DNA of 63,189 bases. Source: Deltaproteobacteria bacterium TL4. GTDB taxonomy: Bacteria; SAR324; NAC60-12. This document shows positions 30,260-40,804 of the stretch, piece by piece. The translations under genes and the position numbers were made by a program. How positions within the stretch are numbered: position 1 is the first letter of the stretch; every line of letters starts with the position of its first letter. The notes beneath the pieces are model-generated. The model was not told the origin of the DNA and made no database searches. It saw only the letters and a list, made by a program, of their open reading frames with translations. The stretch lies in NCBI GenBank assembly GCA_051382335.1, contig JBBCAX010000078.1:1-63189 (forward strand). The letters run 5' to 3'.

Positions 30260-32659
30260 ATGCGACTAAAATCAGGGATTATACAAAGACATTCAGGGTT
30301 TTTGATTGAAACAGTCAGGGGGATTGATTTATTGATACCACTCGTATCCGGTTATATCTCCTACCTCATACGATTTGAAAACTGGTATATCGCGCAAAAA
30401 TACATCTACGTAATGATTATCGCATCTTTGCTGACTGCTTTGGTCTTTCCTTCTTTTTCTTTATACCAATCCAAACGAGGCGCTTACTTATGGAAAGAAC
30501 TCAGGCTGGTTTCCCTGGCATGGACAAGTATCTTCGCAAGTCTTACAGCGTTAGCGTTCATCACGCAAAAAGGAGATTACTATTCTCGTCAGTGGTTTAT
30601 TCTTTGGTTTTTGTTTGGTGAAGGGATGTTGTTATTTTATCGAACCGCACTGAGGCAATTTCAGCAATGGTTGCGTAAAAAAGGATATAACTTCAGAACG
30701 GTTATTATTGTTGGGGCGGGAGATTTGGGGAAAAAAGTGGTGCAACAACTACAAGAAATGCCGTGGACCGGTTTACGTGTTATCGCTTTTTTTGATGACA
30801 ACCCTCTCTTGCAAAGAAAACGAATCCATGGTGTTCGTGTTCGTGGTACCTTGAACGATATCGATCATTTTTTGAAACATTGTAAGGCGAACCAACTTTG
30901 GTTGACACTGCCTTTACGATCGGAAAAACGCATAAAAGCCTTGATGCAGGAACTGCGTCACTATAGCCTGGAAATTAGACTTGTTCCCGATATTTTTACT
31001 TTTCAACTGCTAAATCACTCAATTACTGAAGTAGCTGAGATGCCCGTCATTAATTTGTCCGCTAGTCCTATTTCTGGATGGAATATTATTTTAAAAGCAG
31101 TCGAAGATCGAATACTGGCAGGATTGTTTCTGCTACTAACAAGCCCTTTAATGCTTTTGATTGCCTTGGGGATTAAAATTACTTCACCCGGCCCAGTTTT
31201 TTTTCGTCAACTTCGACACGGGTGGAATGGAGCAACCATTGAGGTCTTTAAATTCAGAACCATGGAAGTGCAAGAACATAATGAATTCAAGCAAGCAACA
31301 GTGAACGATCCCCGCGTTACACCCTTCGGTCGCTTTTTAAGAGGAACCAGCCTGGATGAACTCCCACAATTTATTAATGTTTTTCAAGGAAAAATGTCTA
31401 TTGTTGGACCAAGACCTCACCCTCTGCCACTAAATGAACAATTCAAAGAATTAATCAATCAGTACATGTTACGTCATAAAGTAAAACCAGGGATTACGGG
31501 CTGGGCACAAGTAAATGGCTGGAGAGGCGAAACGGATACACTTGAAAAAATGAAAAAACGTATCGAACATGATCTTTACTATATTCGAAATTGGTCACTT
31601 TGGTTGGATTTCAAAATTATCGTTATGACTCTATATAAAGGGTTTATCAATCCTGAGCTACAAGCGCTGATTCACCCCCAGAAAACCCTCTCATCCTCAG
31701 AAAGCAGCGTAACTGTAAAAAGCAGCACTCAAACTGAACTTGAGCCATTATTCTTGTTAAACAATGAGGAATCATCTCTGGATATAGCAGCAATAAAACA
31801 ACAAAAAGAACGATTGATGCTGTTGATAGAAATAGATGAAATACATGAGAGCAGGGAACTACTCCAAGAACTATCTTCCCAACTTTCCAAGCCACTTTAT
31901 CTGTGCTTCGAAGGTTTAATCTTTACTAAATCAGGAGCTATTCTTGAAGCAAATAAATATTTCACAGAAGCGTTATCCATGCTCACCAGAGCTGGAGATG
32001 CAACCGAACGAGAATATATCTACATTAAATCGACGGAGAATTTCGCAATCAATCAATGTAAACTTGGAGAAGATTACCATGAATGCGTTTCTATGCTTGA
32101 GAACTTATTGTCCCATCCTGCTATAGCACATGACAAAGAAACAGAATCCTCTATTAGAGTTTCAATATGTGCGATACACTATTTCAACCAACAGTATTCA
32201 AAAGCAGTCGAAACCATCAATGATACAATTCCAGATATTGATTACAATCAACACACCTTTAAAAGTCAATTGTACCTGTTACTCGCACTTTCCCACGCCC
32301 AACTGAGACAAATGACACGGGCTAAAGAGTGTTACCAGCAAGCTCTGAAACTCCTCCTCCACATCCCGCCGTCAACTTTTAATGCACCAAGTTTTTGTTC
32401 AGGATGGTTAGGCTGGATTCCTTTATCTTTGATATTTCAAAAGACTTGTCCCACTTTAGATCAATGTCTACCAGATTTAATACACCCGTTACAAAATATT
32501 TTTGAGTTATATCAGCATTTCATTGTCTTAAAAAAAATACCATTACCTGAAAGTGAACAAGCATTGGAAGAGCTAACCGCTTTTTTATTAAACCTTCAAA
32601 ATAAATCTCAACCATATCCAAACGAATTTAAAGAATACCCCTCCGCCAGACTATCTTGA
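30260..32659 (+). CDS. wcaJ: Undecaprenyl-phosphate glucose phosphotransferase with ~335-aa C-terminal TPR-like extension
   Basis: TM region, IVGAG CoA-binding-like domain, KFRTM, SLDELPQFINV, VGPRP, VKPGITGWAQVNG, DLYYI..WSLWLD; ORF continues past the usual end at about aa 465. Confidence 0.9.
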   Translation: MRLKSGIIQRHSGFLIETVRGIDLLIPLVSGYISYLIRFENWYIAQKYIYVMIIASLLTALVFPSFSLYQSKRGAYLWKELRLVSLAWTSIFASLTALAFITQKGDYYSRQWFILWFLFGEGMLLFYRTALRQFQQWLRKKGYNFRTVIIVGAGDLGKKVVQQLQEMPWTGLRVIAFFDDNPLLQRKRIHGVRVRGTLNDIDHFLKHCKANQLWLTLPLRSEKRIKALMQELRHYSLEIRLVPDIFTFQLLNHSITEVAEMPVINLSASPISGWNIILKAVEDRILAGLFLLLTSPLMLLIALGIKITSPGPVFFRQLRHGWNGATIEVFKFRTMEVQEHNEFKQATVNDPRVTPFGRFLRGTSLDELPQFINVFQGKMSIVGPRPHPLPLNEQFKELINQYMLRHKVKPGITGWAQVNGWRGETDTLEKMKKRIEHDLYYIRNWSLWLDFKIIVMTLYKGFINPELQALIHPQKTLSSSESSVTVKSSTQTELEPLFLLNNEESSLDIAAIKQQKERLMLLIEIDEIHESRELLQELSSQLSKPLYLCFEGLIFTKSGAILEANKYFTEALSMLTRAGDATEREYIYIKSTENFAINQCKLGEDYHECVSMLENLLSHPAIAHDKETESSIRVSICAIHYFNQQYSKAVETINDTIPDIDYNQHTFKSQLYLLLALSHAQLRQMTRAKECYQQALKLLLHIPPSTFNAPSFCSGWLGWIPLSLIFQKTCPTLDQCLPDLIHPLQNIFELYQHFIVLKKIPLPESEQALEELTAFLLNLQNKSQPYPNEFKEYPSARLS

Positions 32660-32696
32660 TTACTTTTACGAATACTTTCTATTTTTTATATCATCG

Positions 32697-34091
32697 TTAT
32701 TCTCTAGACGAGTGAGATTTCGGTAGTGCGCTGACCTCTTTACTTTTGAATCTAGCCTTTTCTCTTTTAAAAAATTCAATTAATAATACTAAAAAGATGC
32801 TTCCTATGAAGCTTAAAATTCCTGCAAATACAAAAATCATTAGTTTTTTTGGCTTACTGGGATATTTTGAAGGAATTGCGGTATCTAACACTTTAAATGA
32901 GGATTTTTCCTGAGCCTCTTCAATTTTAGCCGTTTCTATTTGGCTCCGTAAGACTGTGTATACCTCTCGTTTTACCGTCAATTCCCTTTGTAATTGAGTG
33001 TATTCCAACACCACAGTCGGAAATTCGCTGAGAGTTACGGGGAAAAAGGCACTTGAATTTTCGGGAATTCTTTTATGTGAACCTTCAATGTTATCAATCG
33101 CTTCTTGAAGAGCAGAAATTTGTTCTTTGAGTGCATTTGCTTCGGTGGAGCCTATTGGAAGCACACGAATGGAGATACTTTTTGCTAGCTGATCCGTCTT
33201 TAGGTTAGCCAATGTTTGGTTGATAACTTGAATTTGTTCTTGTGGCGATAATGTTTTATACCGTTGATTAAAATTCTTTAAGTTTTCCTCCAAGGCCTCC
33301 AGTTCAATCTTAACGAGTTCTAGTCGTCCTTCAATAAATTTTAAATTTTCATTTTCCTTACTAGTGGTCTCGTTTTTAAGATAAGAACTCAAACAGTTCG
33401 CAAAGCCATTCGCAATTTTGGCGGCAATATCTGGTTTTTGGGGCCATTCAACCTCAACTTCAATCGTTTCCTTACCAATAGGGGAATCTATTTTTATACG
33501 CCCACTTAATACCAAAGCGCCATCAATGATAGTCGGTATATCTTGAGAATCCCGCAAATCGGATTGTTTAGTCATTTCAGGTTTATCTTTTGATCCGAAC
33601 CATCCCTTCAATCTTGCCATCAAACCAAGAGGAGTCTCTTGTTCAGAAGGGAATAGTAATGGCATTAAATCCATGGTTTCAACGACATATTCGTGAAAAG
33701 AGCGACTTTCCATAATAGTAGTTAAGCTACTAGAACCACGGTTAGAGAGCCCCAACAAGGAAGCCGCTCCACCCAATTGCGCCAATGCCGCACTCAATCC
33801 AACTGATTGTTTGGCAACTATCGGCAAAAGAACAACTTTTGATTGATAAATCTTGGGTAGCGATTTCGCATAAAAAAAGGCTATAATTAATGTCCCCAAA
33901 GTGACGATGATAATCAAAAATTTATAACGGAACAGCGTTTGGAATAGCTCAAAAATATTTAATTCATCATCATAATACTCCAACTCGTTTTGAGGAGCCT
34001 GAACTGATACAGGTTGCTCTTGAAAAGGTACGTCTAAAGTGTTTTCGGGAATGCTTTTTTGAGAAGGCGTGAAAGGTGTTGGAGATGTCAT
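32697..34091 (-). CDS. Polysaccharide chain-length determinant (Wzz/GumC family)
   Basis: DELNIFELFQTL, two TM helices flanking a coiled coil, Pro-rich PSKYPSKPKK before TM2, no kinase domain. Confidence 0.85.
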   Translation of the reverse strand: MTSPTPFTPSQKSIPENTLDVPFQEQPVSVQAPQNELEYYDDELNIFELFQTLFRYKFLIIIVTLGTLIIAFFYAKSLPKIYQSKVVLLPIVAKQSVGLSAALAQLGGAASLLGLSNRGSSSLTTIMESRSFHEYVVETMDLMPLLFPSEQETPLGLMARLKGWFGSKDKPEMTKQSDLRDSQDIPTIIDGALVLSGRIKIDSPIGKETIEVEVEWPQKPDIAAKIANGFANCLSSYLKNETTSKENENLKFIEGRLELVKIELEALEENLKNFNQRYKTLSPQEQIQVINQTLANLKTDQLAKSISIRVLPIGSTEANALKEQISALQEAIDNIEGSHKRIPENSSAFFPVTLSEFPTVVLEYTQLQRELTVKREVYTVLRSQIETAKIEEAQEKSSFKVLDTAIPSKYPSKPKKLMIFVFAGILSFIGSIFLVLLIEFFKREKARFKSKEVSALPKSHSSRE

Positions 34092-34186
34092 AAAGAATCG
34101 TTCACAAGTGATTTGAAATAGATTGAAATGAAAGCTGTCACTGTTTTATTAAACAGGGTGTGCTTTTACAAAGAGTGCAGGCTCCT

Positions 34187-35287
34187 TCAATTTTGTTTTG
34201 TGAGTCTGTTGACAGCCTCACGCATTCTCACTTTAAATTCGTCAACACTCCATTTACTGGCATGTTGAATTAATCGCTCAGGTTTAAAAGGTGTAATTTC
34301 GAAATACTCAATGGCCTTGATTAAATCCTCGGCAGTCTGATGATAGAAAAATACAGAGGTCCAGGAATCTTCAGAGTGTCCAGGTTCATTCGCTGGTATC
34401 ATCGTTTCTCGGACGCCTGCCTTACCTAAACAGATAACAGGTGTTCCACTGGCATTTGCTTCAATAGGGATCAAACCGTATTCAAGTTCAGGGGTAAACA
34501 CAACGGCTTTGGCTTCGCCGTACTCACGAACTAAGGTATCATCATCGACAACGCCAAGGAAGGTAATATTTGATTGAGCCATTGCCCTTAATGTTTCTTC
34601 TTCTTGCCCTGTCCCAATAATTCGAAGGGGGAGTCCTAATTGATTAAATGCCTCAATCGCATATTCTACACGTTTCCATCGTTCTAGTCTGGAAATAATA
34701 AGATAATGATTGCCTCTGTTCTTTGACGGTCTGAATTTTGTAGTTTCGATAGGACTATAAATAACTTCCGACTCCCGATCGTAATATTGTTTAATGAATT
34801 GTTGAGAATCGTTAGAAATGGTCAGAAAATAGTCCACTTTCTGCGCTGCCGCATAGTCACGTTTTCTCAAGTGATTCAATAAAGGTCTCACAATTTTCGC
34901 TTTTGTACTTTTCCCAAAATATTTATCGAAATGCCAAAGAGCTCTTGTGGGAATAAAACAATAACAAATATGGATCCCCTTTTTGGGTTGAACATACTTT
35001 GCCATTGACGCAGAACTGGAAAGAACAATATCATACTGAGATAGGTCTAGTCGTTCCATTGTGTGCGTTGCAATGGGGAAGGACCATCGAACGGATTCCA
35101 TAGAATTTAAAAAAGGATTTAACCAGGTAGTATTGATTTTTCGTGTTTTGAAATAAGAATAGACCTGATCTTCTGCATAAGCCAATGTGTAAATATCTGC
35201 TTCTGAAAATTCTTCACACATATATTGAAAGACCCTCTCGGCACCACCTTTACCTGTCAGATAATCATGCACTAATGCCATTCTCAT
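34187..35287 (-). CDS. Glycosyltransferase family 4 (WbaZ-like)
   Basis: VHDYL..GGAERV, SRLERWKR, EYGLIPIEANASG. Confidence 0.9.
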   Translation of the reverse strand: MRMALVHDYLTGKGGAERVFQYMCEEFSEADIYTLAYAEDQVYSYFKTRKINTTWLNPFLNSMESVRWSFPIATHTMERLDLSQYDIVLSSSASMAKYVQPKKGIHICYCFIPTRALWHFDKYFGKSTKAKIVRPLLNHLRKRDYAAAQKVDYFLTISNDSQQFIKQYYDRESEVIYSPIETTKFRPSKNRGNHYLIISRLERWKRVEYAIEAFNQLGLPLRIIGTGQEEETLRAMAQSNITFLGVVDDDTLVREYGEAKAVVFTPELEYGLIPIEANASGTPVICLGKAGVRETMIPANEPGHSEDSWTSVFFYHQTAEDLIKAIEYFEITPFKPERLIQHASKWSVDEFKVRMREAVNRLTKQN

Positions 35288-35540
35288 CGAATCCCCATAT
35301 TAAAAAATTGGTATAAAGCTATATTCGTGACTAAGACTCCACAAAAGCAAGTGATCTGTCTAGCAGATTTTAAATTAAACTTCAAAAGATTTCTTCCAAC
35401 TAAATATCTGCTTGATAAAGGGAATGGCTTATGGTAAGTGTGGGCCTTATTAAGGCTTTTCAAGCAATACCCTCTCATGATATTGTTCAGGTTTGTAAAA
35501 GAATCTTGTTTAAAAATCATAACTTACCTTATACTTTCTT

Positions 35541-36668
35541 TTGAAGGAAACCAGTATTACCTTGAGGATGAAGCAAGTGAGAATAGCTATTGATATTCGT
35601 GTTCTTCTTGTTTCGGGGATGGGAACATATCTCCAAAACATACTTCCGATATTAATAGAAAAAAAATCAGACGTGCAGTTTTATTTGCTAGGACATGAGG
35701 AAGAGATAATGCGTTTTTCTTGGGCTCAAAATCAGAATGTATCCATCATTGATATGCATTCGACGTTTTATTCTATCAAAGAACAGTTTGAGTTAATCAA
35801 GAAAATACCTAAAAATATTCATTTGTTTTGGTCAGCACATTACAATATCCCCTTATTTTACACAGGGAAATTATTTGTAACCGTTTATGACGTTTTGCAT
35901 TTGGCTATGCCTCAATATGCTCCAGGTCTCCATAAAAAAGCTTATGCAAAATTAATGTTTTCGTCCATAAGACGTAAAGCAGAGGCCATTACAACGATTT
36001 CCCAGTTCACCGCAGATGAATTGATTCGGTTAACGGGAAAAGGGAATCAGGAGATCTATCCCATTTTATTAGGAGTGAATCAAAGATGGTTTGAACTGAA
36101 ACCCGAGGTAACGCCTCACAAGAATCCTTTTTTATTATACGTCGGAAATGTCAAACCTCATAAGAATTTGATTGCTTTGTTGAATGCTTTTGAAGGGATT
36201 ACCGACCAAATTCCGCATGATCTAGTCATTATAGGGAAAAAAGAGGGATTTATTACCGGGGACGAACGAATCTTTAAAAAAACACAAAGTCTGGGGCATC
36301 GATTGATTTTTACAGGATATATTGAACAATCCCAGTTAGAACAATACTTCCTCAATGCAGAGGCACTTGTATTTCCAACGAAATATGAAGGATTTGGCCT
36401 TCCACCCCTTGAAGCTATGGCTTGTGGGTGTCCTGTGATTACCTCCAATGCAGCTTCTCTATCAGAAGTTTGTGGAGACGCGGCAGTTTATTTTGATCCT
36501 GATGATTCAAACGATATTGCCGAAAAAATTAAGTTTGTATTGAACGATTCTTCCCTAAGAGAAAATTTGATTCAAAAAGGAAAAGCACAAGCTCAGTTAT
36601 TCCGTTGGGAAAAAACGGCCGAGCAAACCTGGTCGGTGATTCAAGACATTATCGAACAGGATGGATAA
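35541..36668 (+). CDS. Glycosyltransferase family 4 (MtfB-like mannosyltransferase)
   Basis: [25 protein letters not shown]; start may be the ATG at 35568. Confidence 0.9.
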   Translation: MKETSITLRMKQVRIAIDIRVLLVSGMGTYLQNILPILIEKKSDVQFYLLGHEEEIMRFSWAQNQNVSIIDMHSTFYSIKEQFELIKKIPKNIHLFWSAHYNIPLFYTGKLFVTVYDVLHLAMPQYAPGLHKKAYAKLMFSSIRRKAEAITTISQFTADELIRLTGKGNQEIYPILLGVNQRWFELKPEVTPHKNPFLLYVGNVKPHKNLIALLNAFEGITDQIPHDLVIIGKKEGFITGDERIFKKTQSLGHRLIFTGYIEQSQLEQYFLNAEALVFPTKYEGFGLPPLEAMACGCPVITSNAASLSEVCGDAAVYFDPDDSNDIAEKIKFVLNDSSLRENLIQKGKAQAQLFRWEKTAEQTWSVIQDIIEQDG

Positions 36669-36750
36669 ACAACGCGCTGAAAGTAGACGGAAAATCCCGA
36701 GAAGATATATTAATATATAACCCTGAAACCAGTTGCAATGAGGATAAAAA

Positions 36751-38010
36751 ATGCATTTAAAACATCGAAAGACTTGTAGGATCTGTGGGTCAACTCACTT
36801 AACGAAAGTCATTGATTTAGGGAAACAACACTTGCAGGGATCCTTTGTCAAAGAAGGGAAAGAACTTCCTCCTCTTAGGAAAATTCAATGTGAATTGGTC
36901 AGATGTGATCCTACGATCGATGAAATGGCATGTGGTTTGTTGCAAATGTCTCACTCAGTGCCCCCCGAAATTCTTTATTCAGCATACTGGTATCGGTCTG
37001 GTACAAATCAAACCATGCGAGATCACTTAAAAGGTATTGTGGATAGTGCTGTCTTCCTGTTAGGGAAACAAGAAGATGTGAGTGTATTGGATATCGGCTG
37101 TAATGATGGAACCTTATTAAAAAACTATCCTGCCACTTTTTCTAAATTTGGAGTTGATCCTTCAGATGTTGCTACGGAAATTGGGGAGGACATTCAAGTG
37201 ATCCATGGGTTATACCCTTCCCAACAATTGCATAAAGTAACCGCAGGACAAAAATTTGATATTATCACCTCAATTGCGATGTTTTATGATTTAGAAAGTC
37301 CCGTTGATTTCGTCAAAGCTATTAGCAACGATTTGAAAGAAGAAGGTATTTGGGTTTTTGAGATGTCCTATATGCCATCAATGTTGAAAATGAATTCCTA
37401 TGATACAATCTGTCATGAGCACTTGGAATATTATAGCTTATCAGTGTTAGACACCTGTCTAAAATATGCGAACATGAAAGTTTTCAAAGCAGAGTTGAAT
37501 GAAATCAACGGAGGAAGTATTCGGTGTTATGCAACTCACAATGACACATTCAAGTACCAAAATCGTCAATATAGTCAGGAATTGTATGATTTACGCCGAA
37601 AAGAATTTGATCTGGCATTAGATGAAGATACGCCTTATAAAGATTTTCAAATGAAAATTAACAAGCATAAAGAGGAACTCAACTCAATTCTAAGGACGTT
37701 TAAAAGAGAAGGGAAAAGAGTTCATATTTATGGCGCCTCCACTAAGGGAAATACCATATTACAATTTTGTGGAATTGATAATGCTATTATTGATTTCGCT
37801 GCTGAAAGGAATCCGGATAAATATGGTGCAAAGACGCTGGGAACTGGGATCCCTATTATCAGTGAGGCTGAATCCAGATCTATGAAACCAGACTATTACT
37901 TGGTTTTACCTTGGCATTTTAAGGAGGAATTCTTAGAGCGCGAGAAAAAAACAATAGAATCAGGGATTAAAATGATTTTCCCTTTACCAGAAGTGGAAAT
38001 AATTGGATAG
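36751..38010 (+). CDS. NDP-hexose C-methyltransferase
   Basis: Zn-binding CRICG, LDIGCNDG, YDTICHEH, YGASTKGNT, VLPWHF. Confidence 0.88.
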   Translation: MHLKHRKTCRICGSTHLTKVIDLGKQHLQGSFVKEGKELPPLRKIQCELVRCDPTIDEMACGLLQMSHSVPPEILYSAYWYRSGTNQTMRDHLKGIVDSAVFLLGKQEDVSVLDIGCNDGTLLKNYPATFSKFGVDPSDVATEIGEDIQVIHGLYPSQQLHKVTAGQKFDIITSIAMFYDLESPVDFVKAISNDLKEEGIWVFEMSYMPSMLKMNSYDTICHEHLEYYSLSVLDTCLKYANMKVFKAELNEINGGSIRCYATHNDTFKYQNRQYSQELYDLRRKEFDLALDEDTPYKDFQMKINKHKEELNSILRTFKREGKRVHIYGASTKGNTILQFCGIDNAIIDFAAERNPDKYGAKTLGTGIPIISEAESRSMKPDYYLVLPWHFKEEFLEREKKTIESGIKMIFPLPEVEIIG

Positions 38011-38020
38011 ATGAAAATAA

Positions 38021-39412
38021 TTAGTCTTGTCGTTTCTCAATGTAATACCAGGCCACTCCCAGTAATAACCAAAGGGGGGTATAACGAATCATAGCATTAT
38101 TGAATCCTGCTAGCAAACACCCGCAGATGGAGGTTAGCAAACTTAATCCCATGATGTCTGGATTCTTATGTGTTCTAGTATTGAGTTTATACCGCAGATA
38201 GACATCTTTTAAGGTCCATCCAAAAATACTGATGTGAATTAAAAATCCAATGAGCCCCAGCTCAGCCAGGTTACTGGCAAAAATAGAATTTGGAGACATC
38301 AGTATTCTGTCTTTTAGCATCAATGCCGCGACTTCATCTGTATATAGCCATGAGGGGGCGTATTGATAAAAACTAAATCCAAATTGATCAAAACCAACAC
38401 CAAATATAGGGTTATCCATAAACATGTTTCCCGCAGCGACTTGTGGCAAAAACCGCATGATGTTCGAACCAGAGTATGCCGTGTCAGTCCTGTTTAATGA
38501 GGTGATGATATCGTAAATATTAAAATATTGATAGGCTTCCATATCGAGACTTTGTTGTAAAATTAGGACAAGCATTGGTATCAGGAAAACAAAGATTCCA
38601 ACTGCAGTGAGTTTGATGCGTCTATTGGGGTAAAGACCCCAAAATAACAAAGTCAAGAGGATGGTAGTGAAATAAGAAGTTCTGGAAGTACTTAGTAGAA
38701 TTAGAAGAAGAGTAAAGATAAAGATAATTATCCACTTAAATCTTACTCTTTTACTACTTTCTAAAAAGTAGCTATAAATCCAAGGTAAAATAAAAGCAAT
38801 ATACATACCTATGAACGAAGCTTCAATAGCAACAGAATGGATCCTACTTTGCTGGGAAATTGTATAGTGAAAAATCGGATATATTATTTGAAAAACCTCT
38901 GAGATCCACCCTTTAAAAAACATATTTCCAACTTCAATAACCGCGAAAAGTAAGACAAACCCAAGCGGCATAGTTATATAGCGCCGAATATCCCGTAATT
39001 CTAATCGCGTAAAAAACATCAGGTTATAGAGTGATAGAGTGACAGAGCAGGATACGATTATGGAGATATAGGATATGATAAACTTTTGGATACCATTTCG
39101 ATCATAAAAAAAATTTGTGCTAATAGAGGGGAAATTGGCAACTCCTGAAACCCATATCCAAACGATGTAACATAGGAGGAGTTTAAAGGCAGGATGTTTA
39201 GGGAGTTTTAAGGGGAATTGATTAAAAAGCGACTTTTTGATTAATAAAAGAAGAATAAACGGGTGAATAACTAATGATATTTCAGAGATCAGAACATTTC
39301 GCAATCCACTGATTGGAACAAAGGCGAACCAAGGTAAGTTTGAAAAAGGAATCAAATACAGGCAAATTACTAGAATTGCTGTTTCTGTCTTTAGTTTCCA
39401 AACTTTAGGCAT
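38021..39412 (-). CDS. O-antigen polymerase/ligase (Wzy/WaaL family)
   Basis: About 11-12 TM helices, STSRT, NPIFGVGFDQF, LAELGLIG. Confidence 0.8.
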   Translation of the reverse strand: MPKVWKLKTETAILVICLYLIPFSNLPWFAFVPISGLRNVLISEISLVIHPFILLLLIKKSLFNQFPLKLPKHPAFKLLLCYIVWIWVSGVANFPSISTNFFYDRNGIQKFIISYISIIVSCSVTLSLYNLMFFTRLELRDIRRYITMPLGFVLLFAVIEVGNMFFKGWISEVFQIIYPIFHYTISQQSRIHSVAIEASFIGMYIAFILPWIYSYFLESSKRVRFKWIIIFIFTLLLILLSTSRTSYFTTILLTLLFWGLYPNRRIKLTAVGIFVFLIPMLVLILQQSLDMEAYQYFNIYDIITSLNRTDTAYSGSNIMRFLPQVAAGNMFMDNPIFGVGFDQFGFSFYQYAPSWLYTDEVAALMLKDRILMSPNSIFASNLAELGLIGFLIHISIFGWTLKDVYLRYKLNTRTHKNPDIMGLSLLTSICGCLLAGFNNAMIRYTPLWLLLGVAWYYIEKRQD

Positions 39413-39615
39413 GAGTTACTTCATTTAAAACAAAATGGGACTTTGAACAAGTACAGAGTGAGGCGATGTTCAAGTAGGGCTTTGAAATAGGTTGTTACTT
39501 TTTCAATTAATGAGGGAACAGAAGATATAAAATCTTTCTTCATATTTCTCCATTTGAAGATTATTCGTATCCTCTCCAAATCTCAGAGGAATGGTTCAAT
39601 GAGTGCGTTGCCACC

Positions 39616-39724
39616 TCTCCAAATCTCAGGGTAAAATTGAAAATTTTGAATTTTAAAAAAATAAAATGCTGTAATATCAGTATGAATATTTTTGCTTAAA
39701 AAAATCTACCCTGGAATTTGGAGA
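39616..39724. repeat. MITE-like element with 18-bp imperfect inverted repeats
   Basis: tctccaaatctcagggta / taccctggaatttggaga; partial extra copy cctctccaaatctcag at 39571. Confidence 0.55.
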
Positions 39725-39732
39725 TGTTACGA

Positions 39733-40671
39733 TTATTCCTCATTTAAAATACGAGGATCTTTCGAGAGCAACATTGCTTTCATCCAAATGTACAAGCCTT
39801 GTAACTCCCCGATGGTATAATCTAAATTTCCTTTTTTAAATCGAAAAAGGACTAATGTTCTAATGATCATTTCGTTGGCAAATGCCCAAACACCTTGAAT
39901 ATTGGACAATTCTTTGTGGGATGCAACAAAATACAGTCTCCATACAACAAACGTTCTTCCATAAAATCGTCCCCAATATTTTTGAGGATGATCATGTTTC
40001 ACTCGGGCATCAGCACAAACATATAGGGGGTAATGTTTACCAATAGGGTAGCTAAATATGACATCTTCATAAATCGCCCATCGAGTGTTCACTGCCTGAT
40101 GATGGACAGTTTTTAGAATCGATTGCTTCCATACTGTTGTTCCCCCATTAAGCCAGTCGGTTCTTACATTTTGCTTAACGTTGGCCAACAATGTTGTCAC
40201 TCCTGATTTTAAAACCTTACCAGGTTCCCGCGCACTTCTCAATAATAATTCTTTCCACCAAATATAATGATTTCCTGGCTCATTGGTAATATTAAAAGCA
40301 ATGCCTGCTGTTTGAGGTTCCACTTGATTCCAAAAACTGATCATATTTGATAAAGCATCGGATTCCAAGATAATATCATCATCAATACAGGCTACAAGAG
40401 GCGTCCTGTCATCTAATAGACTTATTCCTAAATTTCGTTGCCTAATCTGCCCTGGAGGCTCACAATAATGATATTCGATTGGTAAGCAGTTTTCGTAACT
40501 CATAACCAATTTTTCAATGCTAATTCCACTCGCCACAACAATCACCCTGCCACACTTTACCGTTTGGATTGCTAAACTATCCAGAAGATTCTTCATATTT
40601 TCTGGACGATCTTTCGTTGGAATCAAAAATGCGATGCTTTGCCCACTATACTGTGTTTTCGTCTCATTCAT
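39733..40671 (-). CDS. Glycosyltransferase family 2
   Basis: IPTKDRP, QRNLG, IDDD motif, YEDV. Confidence 0.88.
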   Translation of the reverse strand: MNETKTQYSGQSIAFLIPTKDRPENMKNLLDSLAIQTVKCGRVIVVASGISIEKLVMSYENCLPIEYHYCEPPGQIRQRNLGISLLDDRTPLVACIDDDIILESDALSNMISFWNQVEPQTAGIAFNITNEPGNHYIWWKELLLRSAREPGKVLKSGVTTLLANVKQNVRTDWLNGGTTVWKQSILKTVHHQAVNTRWAIYEDVIFSYPIGKHYPLYVCADARVKHDHPQKYWGRFYGRTFVVWRLYFVASHKELSNIQGVWAFANEMIIRTLVLFRFKKGNLDYTIGELQGLYIWMKAMLLSKDPRILNEE

Positions 40672-40804
40672 TCTGTACTTTAATCTTAAAAGTTCTAATT
40701 TAGATTTTTCTATTCAATCAAATGACTATCTTAAATTATGCGAACACTTTTTGAATTTAGTGAAAATTTATCGTGCGTGTCCTTCGCTTTGAACATTTTT
40801 CGGT

